Shown piece after piece: positions 1 to 7,633 of a stretch of DNA of 25,963 bases. Origin of the DNA: a virus (taxonomy: Duplodnaviria > Heunggongvirae > Uroviricota > Caudoviricetes). Under the pieces are notes generated by a model. The model did no database searches. It was not told the origin of the DNA and saw only the letters and a list, made by a program, of their open reading frames with translations. The stretch lies in the IMG/VR virus record IMGVR_UViG_2563366982_000005, one strand, 5' to 3'. Position 1 is the first letter of the stretch. Every line of letters begins with the position of its first letter. Both the position numbers and the translations under genes were made by a program.

Positions 1-1131
1 TCAAATGACCAGTTTTTTCCATTCCTTACCGCGTGCGTCGTTGTAAATATCGGTCATTTTTTGATTCGAATGGCCCAGCAAAATTTTGGTATCAACCCCC
101 TGCTCTCTGAACAATCGCTCTGATAAAGATCTCTGCTCATGGAAAGAGGGTGGGGTGCCATTAGCACGCCAGTTGTAATCCACAGAATCCCGGGCTTTTT
201 TAAATGCAACGGTTAATGTTGCTGGCTTAACCATCCCGCCGCGCTTAGCTGTCCCTTTCGCGTGATGGTGGTGCAATAGCCACGGACTAAGAACGCAATC
301 GCGGCAGGATGACACTACATCATCCAGGGTGAGATTTAATTTATCGCAACGCAGAGCCAGAGGGATGGCAATCCGGGTTCCTGTTTTTTGCTGTTCGACA
401 TGAAGATAACCATCCCGGATATCCGAAAATTGCATTTTGCAAATATCTGAAAGGCGCTGGCCTGTCATCAGTGCCAGCAGCATACCGCGCTGTAAAAAGT
501 AACCATCCTTTTCCGCTGCGTTATAAATCATCATCCACTCATCAAAAGTCAGTCGCTGTCTTGATATCCGCACCTGCGGTTTTTTTGCCGATTCTGCAGG
601 GTTAAAGCCTGGCGGGACATCGCCCGTTTGCTGAGCTTCCCGGAAAACATCGATCAGTACTTTCCTGAAAATTTGTCCCATTCTGTTATGTCCTCTGGCC
701 TTGTACTCTTCCAGTACTGATACCACATCTTTTACGGTTATGGCATCTAACGGTCTGGTGCCAAAACGTTCATCAAATACCCTGAGAGGGGCCGCTTTCT
801 GTTTCAGCGTGTTGAGTTTGATCTCGCCGTTTTCATATCTTTCCTGTTGAATTTTTCTGTAATTATTCAGAAAAATGGTAACGGTTGATGAACCGCCGGT
901 ATCACTAATAATTTTCTCCTGCAGACTGAGCATTTGTTCCATTTGCTGCCGGGCAAGACGGCTGTTCGCTTCTGCTGCAATAGTTTCTGCCAGTTTCTGG
1001 TCAATACTGCCGAGACCGTGATTTTTGCCTGTTATGGGATGCCTGTAACGCCAGTAAACTTTGTTATTTCTTTTGTCAAAATACGGAGATAATCCCGGAA
1101 CATCGGTTTTATATTTTCGCGGGCGCGCCAT
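1..1131 (-). CDS. int: Phage tyrosine integrase (site-specific recombinase)
   Basis: 376-aa ORF from the track; sequence character typical of lambdoid integrases; located at prophage end and overlapped at its 5' end by a small excisionase-like ORF. Function assigned by family resemblance from memory, not by search. Confidence 0.85.
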   Translation of the reverse strand: MARPRKYKTDVPGLSPYFDKRNNKVYWRYRHPITGKNHGLGSIDQKLAETIAAEANSRLARQQMEQMLSLQEKIISDTGGSSTVTIFLNNYRKIQQERYENGEIKLNTLKQKAAPLRVFDERFGTRPLDAITVKDVVSVLEEYKARGHNRMGQIFRKVLIDVFREAQQTGDVPPGFNPAESAKKPQVRISRQRLTFDEWMMIYNAAEKDGYFLQRGMLLALMTGQRLSDICKMQFSDIRDGYLHVEQQKTGTRIAIPLALRCDKLNLTLDDVVSSCRDCVLSPWLLHHHHAKGTAKRGGMVKPATLTVAFKKARDSVDYNWRANGTPPSFHEQRSLSERLFREQGVDTKILLGHSNQKMTDIYNDARGKEWKKLVI

Positions 1132-1357
1132 CTTCCAGTATCCTCTTCAAAGCAGGGTGATCTGTGGCGATCACCTCCGGCTTGTTTACCATTCCGACAA
1201 AGCGAGCTTGCGGATCCACTCGCCAGCGTCTTCCAACTTTTTTGGGGAGAGGAAATATCATTCCGGCTTTAGCGTATTTACTTAACGTACTCGGAGTTGG
1301 GACCGGTTCACTGAATTCCTCTTTTGCCCACTCAGTGAGCAGAATAAGTCTTGCCAT
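1109..1357 (-). CDS. xis: Excisionase-like small DNA-binding protein
   Basis: 82-aa ORF immediately upstream of and overlapping int start by 23 nt, same strand; small basic protein; classic xis-int arrangement. Confidence 0.65.
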   Translation of the reverse strand: MARLILLTEWAKEEFSEPVPTPSTLSKYAKAGMIFPLPKKVGRRWRVDPQARFVGMVNKPEVIATDHPALKRILEDGAPAKI

Positions 1358-1421
1358 GAGCGTCGTTCGCTAATCATGGTCGCCGCCACTATAGCTGGTG
1401 GGCAACGACCGGGGTTGAACA

Positions 1422-3893
1422 TTAAAAATCAGCCTGATTCGGGATCAGTTTTTGCCAGATAACTGAAACGTATTTTGCCTGGTAACGGGCGTCATCAAGT
1501 GCATTATGGCGCTCACCTTCGAATGGAATAGCCGTTCTGGCATCGAAGTCTATGGCTTTCCCCAGCTCAACGATTGTGCGTACATCGCGATCGTTGTAGT
1601 AACGCCACGGGCAGGGGATCCCCTGCCGTTCGTATGAACGGCGCAAAATCGTGTTGTCGAAGTTGGCTCCATTTCCCCAGACCTGAACAAAAAATTCACC
1701 GGAGTTTTCGTCGATAAATTCCCGCAATTGTAACAGTGCATCATCTAACGGGATTTCATCGGTCATAATGGCAGATTGCGCTTCGCGTGATTGCTTAAGC
1801 CACCATTTAATGGTGTCCCGATCAATGACCCCGCCAGCAGTTTCCAGATCGATAGTCTTACTAAATTCCGGTCCCATATCTCCGGTTTGCGGATCGAAAA
1901 ATATTGCACCTATTGAGATGATCGGGGCATCAGGATTTTTTCCCATGGTTTCAAGGTCGATCATTAGATGGTCACACGTCCTGCTGGTGGATGTGATTTC
2001 TTGATGACCGTTCACCTTAATTGAGTGATCTGCCGTCTCGCCAGTTTCATTATCGCTATCGTGATGCTGATTGCCGTCAGTGTTCTCCTTGTGTGGATGT
2101 TCAGCGCCTTCCATTTCCTCCGGATCATCTTCCTGAACTTCAACCTGATACTCTTCATCGAATGTTTCCTGGTATGTTGCGTCGCCCATCACCGCGCCAC
2201 AATCAGGGCAGTTGCCGCCGCCGGTCTGACCGCAGGCGGTGCAGACTTTTTCCACTTCCTGTTGCGCCACTGGTTCAGGCTGTTTCGTTTCTGGCTCGTT
2301 TTGTAACGCATTTGGGCTGTTTTGTTCCGCTTTCTGGCCGTTCTGTTCCGTTTCTTGCTGGTTCTGATTCACTGAATCGCGGGTTTCAATCCCCTTCACC
2401 CATTTCGGATCATTCGGGTCGCTAATCCCTGCAACAAATTCACCACGTGATACAGCAAGCAACTTATTGGCGTCAGGCTGGCTGATATTGGCTGCCTGCA
2501 TAATTTTGTTTACTTCGTCAGCGGTAACTTTTACCGGCTCTGGTTGTGCGATCGTGTCAGATGCACCAGTATTTTGTTGTGAACCAGAGTACGTGCCGTT
2601 TTTACGTGCGAAGTATTCCTCTTTTGTGATTTCCGTAGCTCCCAGGGCCAGTGCTTTTTCCAGACCAGAAAGTTTGTTTGCGCGACCGTATTTTTCGCCG
2701 TCCTTATCGGTGAAAAGGAAGTAGAACGGTCCCTCACGCTCTACAGATGGTTCGTCTTCCACTTCGCATTCGGTTTTTTCGTTGTCCGGCATTGCCGTTT
2801 CCACTGCATCAGTTTCTGGTACTGGCGACGAGAGAGTATCAGTTGCGCTCTGATTTCTTCCTTCATCTTCAAACACGCCCTTTGTAGTCAGGTATTCAGT
2901 AATGTATTTGTTCAGTGCCACAGGGTCTTTGTGAATGTCGATCGGACGTTCACGGACAAGGCCAAAAATAGTCTGGCGGTCGTAGCGAAGGGCATCAGGC
3001 TGTTTGCGCATTGATGCCGAGATACGCTTCCAGTCTTCGCGGTCGTTGTCGATAACTTCATTTTTTGCCCAGCGATGGATGCTGCCGTCAATGTTTCCGG
3101 CATCCACATCACCAGGCCAGAGAGCGTAGGCCAGTTCGTCATCCAGTGTTTTCCATGTCTGCTTGTATTCGCGATGAATGGCAGCAATGACCGGGCTGAT
3201 TTTTCCTGTTGAATTTTCACTGTGCTGTTGATTGGTTCTGGCGCGGGCGAGATCAACAACAGACGTGTATTTTCCGGTTTCCTTGCGTTCACCTTCGCGA
3301 CGTTTTTTCCAGATGCGCATCTCTGCCTGAATTTCGGGCCATTTGGCACCAGGCTTACATTTATGCTTAACCCACCCGATGGCATGCAGCTTAAGCTCCG
3401 GATACATGGCGTTAACTTCTGGCATTTTCATCAACGCTTCAACGATATGTCCGTCGAATGTTGCCATGTCTTCCTGCAACAATTCCTGTGCGCTAATAAC
3501 CATATCAACGGTGATGTTTTCACATGTGTCGAACTTAACCATGACAGCGTTCTGTACTTCAGGGGCCAACTTGTCAAAAGTGACGTTCATCGGATCTGAT
3601 TCAGTCTCAACCGGGACAAAGGAAGCAGACTCCTCATCCCAGCGGTTTTCCTGCATATATTCAGCATCCCAGGAATCGAGGGCAGGGCGGGGTATGCCGG
3701 GTTTATCCTCACAGACAATAAATTTATAAGCGCAGTCCTGAGCAGCCGGATAATGTTCCAGGAATTGCCAGTGAAATTTTGCGCGGGCGCGACGTTCATC
3801 ACCGGCTTCAATGGCAGTGGCTACAGCGACTGCACCTTCTTCCTTTATTGCCTGTTCGTCCGGAATGGCGGCGCAAATAAAGACTTTACTCAT
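1422..3893 (-). CDS. Large phage exonuclease-like protein with C-terminal DnaQ-like (DEDDh) 3'-5' exonuclease domain
   Basis: 823-aa ORF; C-terminal region contains motifs resembling Exo I (MIDLETMG) and Exo III (H-x4-D: HNALDDARY) of DEDD exonucleases; a Cys-rich zinc-ribbon-like stretch (CTACGQ...CPDCG) mid-protein; acidic low-complexity central region. Domain assignment from motif inspection only. Confidence 0.6.
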   Translation of the reverse strand: MSKVFICAAIPDEQAIKEEGAVAVATAIEAGDERRARAKFHWQFLEHYPAAQDCAYKFIVCEDKPGIPRPALDSWDAEYMQENRWDEESASFVPVETESDPMNVTFDKLAPEVQNAVMVKFDTCENITVDMVISAQELLQEDMATFDGHIVEALMKMPEVNAMYPELKLHAIGWVKHKCKPGAKWPEIQAEMRIWKKRREGERKETGKYTSVVDLARARTNQQHSENSTGKISPVIAAIHREYKQTWKTLDDELAYALWPGDVDAGNIDGSIHRWAKNEVIDNDREDWKRISASMRKQPDALRYDRQTIFGLVRERPIDIHKDPVALNKYITEYLTTKGVFEDEGRNQSATDTLSSPVPETDAVETAMPDNEKTECEVEDEPSVEREGPFYFLFTDKDGEKYGRANKLSGLEKALALGATEITKEEYFARKNGTYSGSQQNTGASDTIAQPEPVKVTADEVNKIMQAANISQPDANKLLAVSRGEFVAGISDPNDPKWVKGIETRDSVNQNQQETEQNGQKAEQNSPNALQNEPETKQPEPVAQQEVEKVCTACGQTGGGNCPDCGAVMGDATYQETFDEEYQVEVQEDDPEEMEGAEHPHKENTDGNQHHDSDNETGETADHSIKVNGHQEITSTSRTCDHLMIDLETMGKNPDAPIISIGAIFFDPQTGDMGPEFSKTIDLETAGGVIDRDTIKWWLKQSREAQSAIMTDEIPLDDALLQLREFIDENSGEFFVQVWGNGANFDNTILRRSYERQGIPCPWRYYNDRDVRTIVELGKAIDFDARTAIPFEGERHNALDDARYQAKYVSVIWQKLIPNQADF

Positions 3894-3985
3894 TTTGTTT
3901 TACCTCATTACAGATTTAAGGGTGAACAAATCCCTGCCATTGCTGGCATATAAGAATGAAACCGGATATTTATTACGGAACTGTT

Positions 3986-4177
3986 TTAAAGACCTGCCGG
4001 GATTTCGTTATTATCCTGGTGAATAACTTTATCGACCGGGTAACAGTTACCGGGAATTTTCTGTTCGGTTGCTGCAGTCACACACTCCTGCATTGTCCTG
4101 TGAACACTGACTGCAATATCAACTGGCTCTCCGGAAACAAGAAAAACTGTCAGAACAAGTGCAAATGCTGTATTCAT
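3986..4177 (-). CDS. ydfD: YdfD-like small membrane (lysis-associated) protein
   Basis: 63-aa reading frame starting at internal Met (MNTAFALVLTVFLVSGEP...) with hydrophobic N-terminal segment; start ATG overlaps dicB stop (ATGA); matches my recollection of Qin YdfD sequence and position downstream of dicB. Confidence 0.6.
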   Translation of the reverse strand: MNTAFALVLTVFLVSGEPVDIAVSVHRTMQECVTAATEQKIPGNCYPVDKVIHQDNNEIPAGL

Positions 4178-4362
4178 TGTGCACATCCTTTTTGTATCGG
4201 ACGTAAACGGGCCAGCATTGAAAGAATGCATATTTTATTTAATAACTCCCGTTCGTGTTTTCTCTTGTTAATGGCATCTTCAGTAAATACAGGGTTACTG
4301 ATAGTGACACCAATTTCAAAACAACCTTCAGACGTATTAACGTTTGGTAATAACGTTTCCAT
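4174..4362 (-). CDS. dicB: Cell division inhibitor DicB
   Basis: 62-aa frame METLLPNVNTSEGCFEIGVTISNPVFTEDAINKRKHERELLNKICILSMLARLRPIQKGCAQ inside the 97-aa track ORF; closely matches recalled DicB sequence; located directly downstream of a DicF-like sequence as in the dicBF operon. Confidence 0.75.
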   Translation of the reverse strand: METLLPNVNTSEGCFEIGVTISNPVFTEDAINKRKHERELLNKICILSMLARLRPIQKGCAQ

Positions 4363-4532
4363 TATCGCGTCCTCAACAATGAATTTTGTGATGCGGTGCC
4401 TGGTGCCTCCAGGTGACGTTAACCAGTTAACAATTAACGCCGGATACAGAGAATCCACCCATAACACTGTTTTTGGTTTTAACTGTTCCGCGTGCGCTCA
4501 GCCGCATTCACCACATCACAAAATTCACTTTA

Positions 4533-4589
4533 AAAAGGGCGGCAGAGCAGTCACGGAGTAAAACTGATACCGCCAAACGTCACCAGAAA
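4533..4589 (-). ncRNA. dicF: DicF small regulatory RNA
   Basis: Minus-strand sequence UUUCUGGUGACGUUUGGCGGUAUCAGUUUUACUCCGUGACUGCUCUGCCGCCCUUUUU matches the DicF sRNA as I recall it, ending in a GC stem plus U-run intrinsic terminator; positioned between ydfC-like genes and dicB. Confidence 0.7.
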
Positions 4590-4925
4590 ATTGATAACAG
4601 AGGGCGTTGCAGCGGGGTTGTCACTTAAGCGTATGGTCAACCTGACAACCCGGTGTCCTCAACGGGGGAAGGAATAACCCCGCCATACTTACCGCCGCGC
4701 CATTTCGCGGATTGCCACAACCGGAAGCGCACGGTCGACGAAAATTTAACGACAGGCTATCTATGAACCAGCTACCTCGCCGAGCGCTTTCGCGTTATGG
4801 TCTGACTTTTCAGGGAAATATCCTTTCAGTAAACTGTCAGTGCCGGATGCTCACCCGTGTCCGGCGCACGCACTCCACCTCACCCGTGGAGAACTCCTTA
4901 ATCACCAACCCTCAGGAGGGTGAAA

Positions 4926-5200
4926 TGTCGACTGAAAATGATGAAATCATTAACTCCCTGATACGCCAGATTAATAATTTTGATAAAGCATTGCAGCATG
5001 CTGCGGCGCGTAGTGATATAACTCTTTTAGCAATTTCATTTCTTGCATCTGTTATGGATAAAAATGAAGTCGTACGACAGAGTCTTGTTGATTATATCGA
5101 CTCGCTTCAACCCGGCACTTTCAATCATGAGAGCTTCAATCATGAGAAAGAGCATGTTAAGTCTGTAATTAATTCTCTTATTTTGAATCAAAAGAATTAA
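4926..5200 (+). CDS. Hypothetical protein (91 aa), antisense to the early-left operon
   Basis: Strong SD (AGGAGGG) 5 nt before ATG at 4926; the 162-aa track ORF upstream extension is Arg-rich and looks non-coding, so the shorter start is preferred. No recognisable domain. Confidence 0.45.
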
Positions 5201-5498
5201 TGCTTTTTGTTGCAAAGTAATTTTCAAGGGGTTCTATTCGAATCCCTTTCGTTTTCATTAACAAGCCAAACCCCTTATCAATGATGTCCATTAGATCCAG
5301 GAAGTATTTTTCATGTAAATCCTGGTTATCAGAGAGCTGCTTCTCTTCGTACAGACCGATAAAGGCACGACGCACGTTACCGGATATAGTATCGATGGTT
5401 TCTTTTTCTACGGTACTCAGGTCAAGAGTCGCCAGTTGGGAACGAACTATATTCGCTGCCATTTCCTGGAATGGCATTGGTAAATCTTTAAATTCCAT
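5178..5498 (-). CDS. Hypothetical protein (106 aa)
   Basis: Track ORF; start codon abuts stop of upstream ydfC-like gene (translational coupling); AT-rich; no domain recognised. Confidence 0.5.
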   Translation of the reverse strand: MEFKDLPMPFQEMAANIVRSQLATLDLSTVEKETIDTISGNVRRAFIGLYEEKQLSDNQDLHEKYFLDLMDIIDKGFGLLMKTKGIRIEPLENYFATKSINSFDSK

Positions 5499-5500
5499 TA

Positions 5501-5740
5501 TTAGCCTCGTTGGTTAGCTATTAACGTGGGTATGTAACCATTCTGGCAATGCTTAATGCCGCTGCTTTTTTCCAGCCTGGTGATATCCTGCTCCAGAGCG
5601 GACAGATTTTCAGCCTGCTTAGTCCTGGCTTCATTGGCCCATTTCAGATCCTGCACTGCATTAATTTTCTGGCGCATCCACTCATAAAGTTCATCATCGG
5701 TATAGTCTGGCGCGATGATGACGGGTTCTCGTTTCTGCAT
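5501..5740 (-). CDS. YdfC-like small protein (79 aa)
   Basis: Track ORF in the expected position between ydfB-like and dicF in a dicBF-type operon; assignment positional. Confidence 0.5.
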   Translation of the reverse strand: MQKREPVIIAPDYTDDELYEWMRQKINAVQDLKWANEARTKQAENLSALEQDITRLEKSSGIKHCQNGYIPTLIANQRG

Positions 5741-5769
5741 ACTGATTCCTCGCGGTGCTGTTTCGCTTA

Positions 5770-5898
5770 TCAGCCGTTAGATTTTCCCGAACTGGAAAGC
5801 GCCTGTTTAAATTCACTGAAGCTGAGAGCTTCTTCGCCTTCGGCAAGACCATCGAAGTATTCTTCGTAAGCCTTTTCCATGATTGTGTCGAAATCCAT
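5770..5898 (-). CDS. ydfB: YdfB-like small protein (42 aa)
   Basis: Hand-translated minus-strand frame MDFDTIMEKAYEEYFDGLAEGEEALSFSEFKQALSSSGKSNG; below the 60-aa track cutoff; size and position match ydfB of Qin; the overlapping 69-aa track ORF (5694-5903) is in another frame and is Arg/Lys-rich. Confidence 0.5.
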   Translation of the reverse strand: MDFDTIMEKAYEEYFDGLAEGEEALSFSEFKQALSSSGKSNG

Positions 5899-5899
5899 A

Positions 5900-6054
5900 T
5901 CACTCACCTGAGTTTCTTTCCAGCCAGCGACGGGCACCATTTTCGGTTTTAAACGTTTTGCTTTTGGTATACGTCATCGCGGTGAATGTGCCGTCCTGGT
6001 TGGGAAACACGCCGTACACCAGAGATTCGTTGTTGCCAAGCTCGATAGTATCCA
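5900..6054 (-). CDS. ydfA: YdfA-like small protein (51 aa)
   Basis: Hand-translated frame MDTIELGNNESLVYGVFPNQDGTFTAMTYTKSKTFKTENGARRWLERNSGE with GAGG SD 6 nt upstream; matches recalled YdfA; first gene after the promoter downstream of dicA-like. Confidence 0.55.
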
Positions 6055-6126
6055 TGCTGACCTCATTTCCCCTTAACGCCGGGTGGCGGAACTAAAACCT
6101 ACAGCGCCGTGCTGTTCTTGATAGAA

Positions 6127-6155
6127 ATATTAGTAACGCGGATATTTTAAGTCAA
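6127..6155 (-). promoter_or_regulatory. Candidate sigma70 promoter for the ydfA-dicF-dicB operon (Pb-like)
   Basis: On minus strand: TTGACT - 17 bp - TAATAT, about 65 bp upstream of ydfA start; sequence-only prediction. Confidence 0.45.
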
Positions 6156-6253
6156 CAGTATGGCGTATGATATTTTTGATTTGGTAACTATGTAAATGTT
6201 TTTTCAAGGGAAAAATATTAGTTATACAGCTGATTTGCAGAAGTTATGGCACA

Positions 6254-6285
6254 AAAAAACCGACTAAGACGTCGGTTTTTTTGTT
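6254..6285. terminator. Bidirectional intrinsic terminator-like hairpin
   Basis: AAAAAAACCGAC-TAAG-ACGTCGGTTTTTTT: perfect GC-containing inverted repeat flanked by A-run and T-run, 24 bp downstream of dicA-like stop. Confidence 0.55.
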
Positions 6286-6308
6286 GTGGATGGGGTAGTG
6301 AGCGGTGG

Positions 6309-6770
6309 CTACTGGTTACGTTTCTTTAGTGCCAGCATGTTCTCGAAGGCTTCCTCGTAGAGCTTGTTTAGTCCACGTAGCTGGTTAAGGAGTTTGGCTT
6401 TTTCTGACGCAGGTAGAATCTCGAAGAGGTTAAGTAACTCTGCCTGTTCTTCATTGACCAGCCTCCATCCTTTGCCTGAAAAGTTATCATCATAATTATC
6501 TGATGATCTTACATAATTCATTAAGTCTTTAAGGTCTTCTCGAATGTCCTCTGGTTTTACCTTTAACAGAGCCGCAAATTTTAGCGCAGCGTCGGTATTT
6601 ACCGGTATCTTGCCGTTCAGATACTGGCTAACGGTGCCTTGAGATTCGAATCCCAACAACTCAGCCGCCAGCTCTTGAGTCAGCTTCAGCTCTTTTTTTC
6701 TTGCATTCCATGCGGCTTTTAAATTCTTGCTCGCTTCTGGAGTTGCAATCACTTCGCGTGTTTTTTTCAT
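6309..6770 (-). CDS. dicA: DicA-like XRE-family HTH repressor (prophage immunity repressor)
   Basis: 153-aa ORF with N-terminal HTH (LTQELAAELLGFESQGTVSQYLNG) and C-terminal motif (ELLNLFEILPASEKAKLL) resembling DicA as recalled; divergent from a Cro-like gene. Confidence 0.75.
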   Translation of the reverse strand: MKKTREVIATPEASKNLKAAWNARKKELKLTQELAAELLGFESQGTVSQYLNGKIPVNTDAALKFAALLKVKPEDIREDLKDLMNYVRSSDNYDDNFSGKGWRLVNEEQAELLNLFEILPASEKAKLLNQLRGLNKLYEEAFENMLALKKRNQ

Positions 6771-6798
6771 ACATAGAGTTTATTTGTTTTACCAATAT

Positions 6799-6845
6799 TA
6801 TCAAAGATAGTCTGGCTATTGATCTTTAAAATTAGCGGGGCTAAT
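6799..6845. promoter_or_regulatory. Divergent promoter/operator region with palindromes
   Basis: Perfect 15-bp palindrome ATTAGCGGGGCTAAT (6831-6845) overlapping a candidate -10 (TAATAT 6842-6847) with -35 TTGATC (6819-6824) for the plus-strand cro-like gene; second palindrome TATCAAAGATA (6799-6809). Confidence 0.4.
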
Positions 6846-6877
6846 ATTTGCTCGAGGCATAACGTAGAAGGTTGGCT

Positions 6878-7153
6878 ATGAACTTAAGAGACTATTTAAA
6901 AGAGAAACATATCACCCAGCTACAGTTTGGGAAGCTAACGGGTTTATCTCAGGTGCATGTAAGTCGAGTGCTGGGGGGCTATGAAAGATTCAGCCCTGAA
7001 AAAGCATTACGTGTTGCTGAAGTAACGAATTTCGAGGTTACACCTCATGAACTCCGGCCTGATATTTACCCGAATCCAACCGACGGCTTACCTGTTGGAT
7101 TCAAGGCTAACACACCAAATGCATCGGAGTTGATTCATGAAAATCAGGCATGA
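6878..7153 (+). CDS. Cro/DicC/YdaS-like HTH regulator
   Basis: 91-aa frame from ATG 6878 (track ORF begins at an upstream TTG); HTH-like segment (QLQFGKLTGLSQVHVSRVLGG) and ELRPDI motif typical of YdaS/Cro-like proteins; divergent from repressor. Confidence 0.65.
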   Translation: MNLRDYLKEKHITQLQFGKLTGLSQVHVSRVLGGYERFSPEKALRVAEVTNFEVTPHELRPDIYPNPTDGLPVGFKANTPNASELIHENQA

Positions 7154-7562
7154 GCACATCCGCATGGCGATGAATGCCTGGGCGCATCCGGACGGTGAAA
7201 AAGTTCCGGCAGCTGAAATAACCCGGGCTTATTTTGAGCTTGGTATGACGTTCCCGGAATTATATGACGACAGCCATCCGGAAGCCCTGGCTCGCAATAC
7301 CCAGAAAATTTTCCGCTGGGTGGAGAAAGACACTCCTGATGCGGTTAAAAAAATTCAGGCGTTGTTACCAGCGATCGAAAAAGCAATGCCGCCTCTGCTG
7401 GTGGCCCGAATGCGCAGCCACAGTTCAGCTTATTTTCGGGAGCTGGTGGAGACGCGGGAACGACTGGTGAGAGACGCTGATGATTTTGTCGCAGTGGCGA
7501 TCGCTGGTTTCAACCAGATGAATCGTGGTGGCCCTGCAGGAAATATTGTGGCTGTGCATTGA
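7137..7562 (+). CDS. YdaT-like (CII-like) regulatory protein
   Basis: 141-aa ORF beginning MKIRHEHI, directly after cro-like gene with GGAG SD; position and N-terminus consistent with YdaT family as recalled. Confidence 0.5.
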   Translation: MKIRHEHIRMAMNAWAHPDGEKVPAAEITRAYFELGMTFPELYDDSHPEALARNTQKIFRWVEKDTPDAVKKIQALLPAIEKAMPPLLVARMRSHSSAYFRELVETRERLVRDADDFVAVAIAGFNQMNRGGPAGNIVAVH

Positions 7563-7633
7563 CTCGCAATATTCATACCGGATCACTTCCGGCAATTTGT
7601 GAGTAAAAAGATTCGGTATCAGAAGAGGTGAGT

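Noticed and set aside
2021-3811. Multiple plus-strand and minus-strand ORFs (78-157 aa) within the exonuclease gene region
   Set aside because: All overlap the 823-aa minus-strand ORF, which has recognisable motifs; products are low-complexity.
3956-4561. 201-aa plus-strand ORF
   Set aside because: Lies antisense to ydfD-like, dicB and the DicF sRNA; product is Cys/Asn-rich and low-complexity with no SD; best explained as a chance open frame opposite real genes.
4712-4925. Upstream extension of the 162-aa plus-strand ORF
   Set aside because: Extension is Arg-rich and GC-rich with no SD; a strong AGGAGGG SD precedes the internal ATG at 4926, so the short form is preferred.
5694-5903. 69-aa minus-strand ORF from the track
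   Set aside because: Arg/Lys-rich translation in a different frame from the ydfB-like 42-aa gene, which gives a protein-like acidic product matching the expected dicBF-operon small gene.
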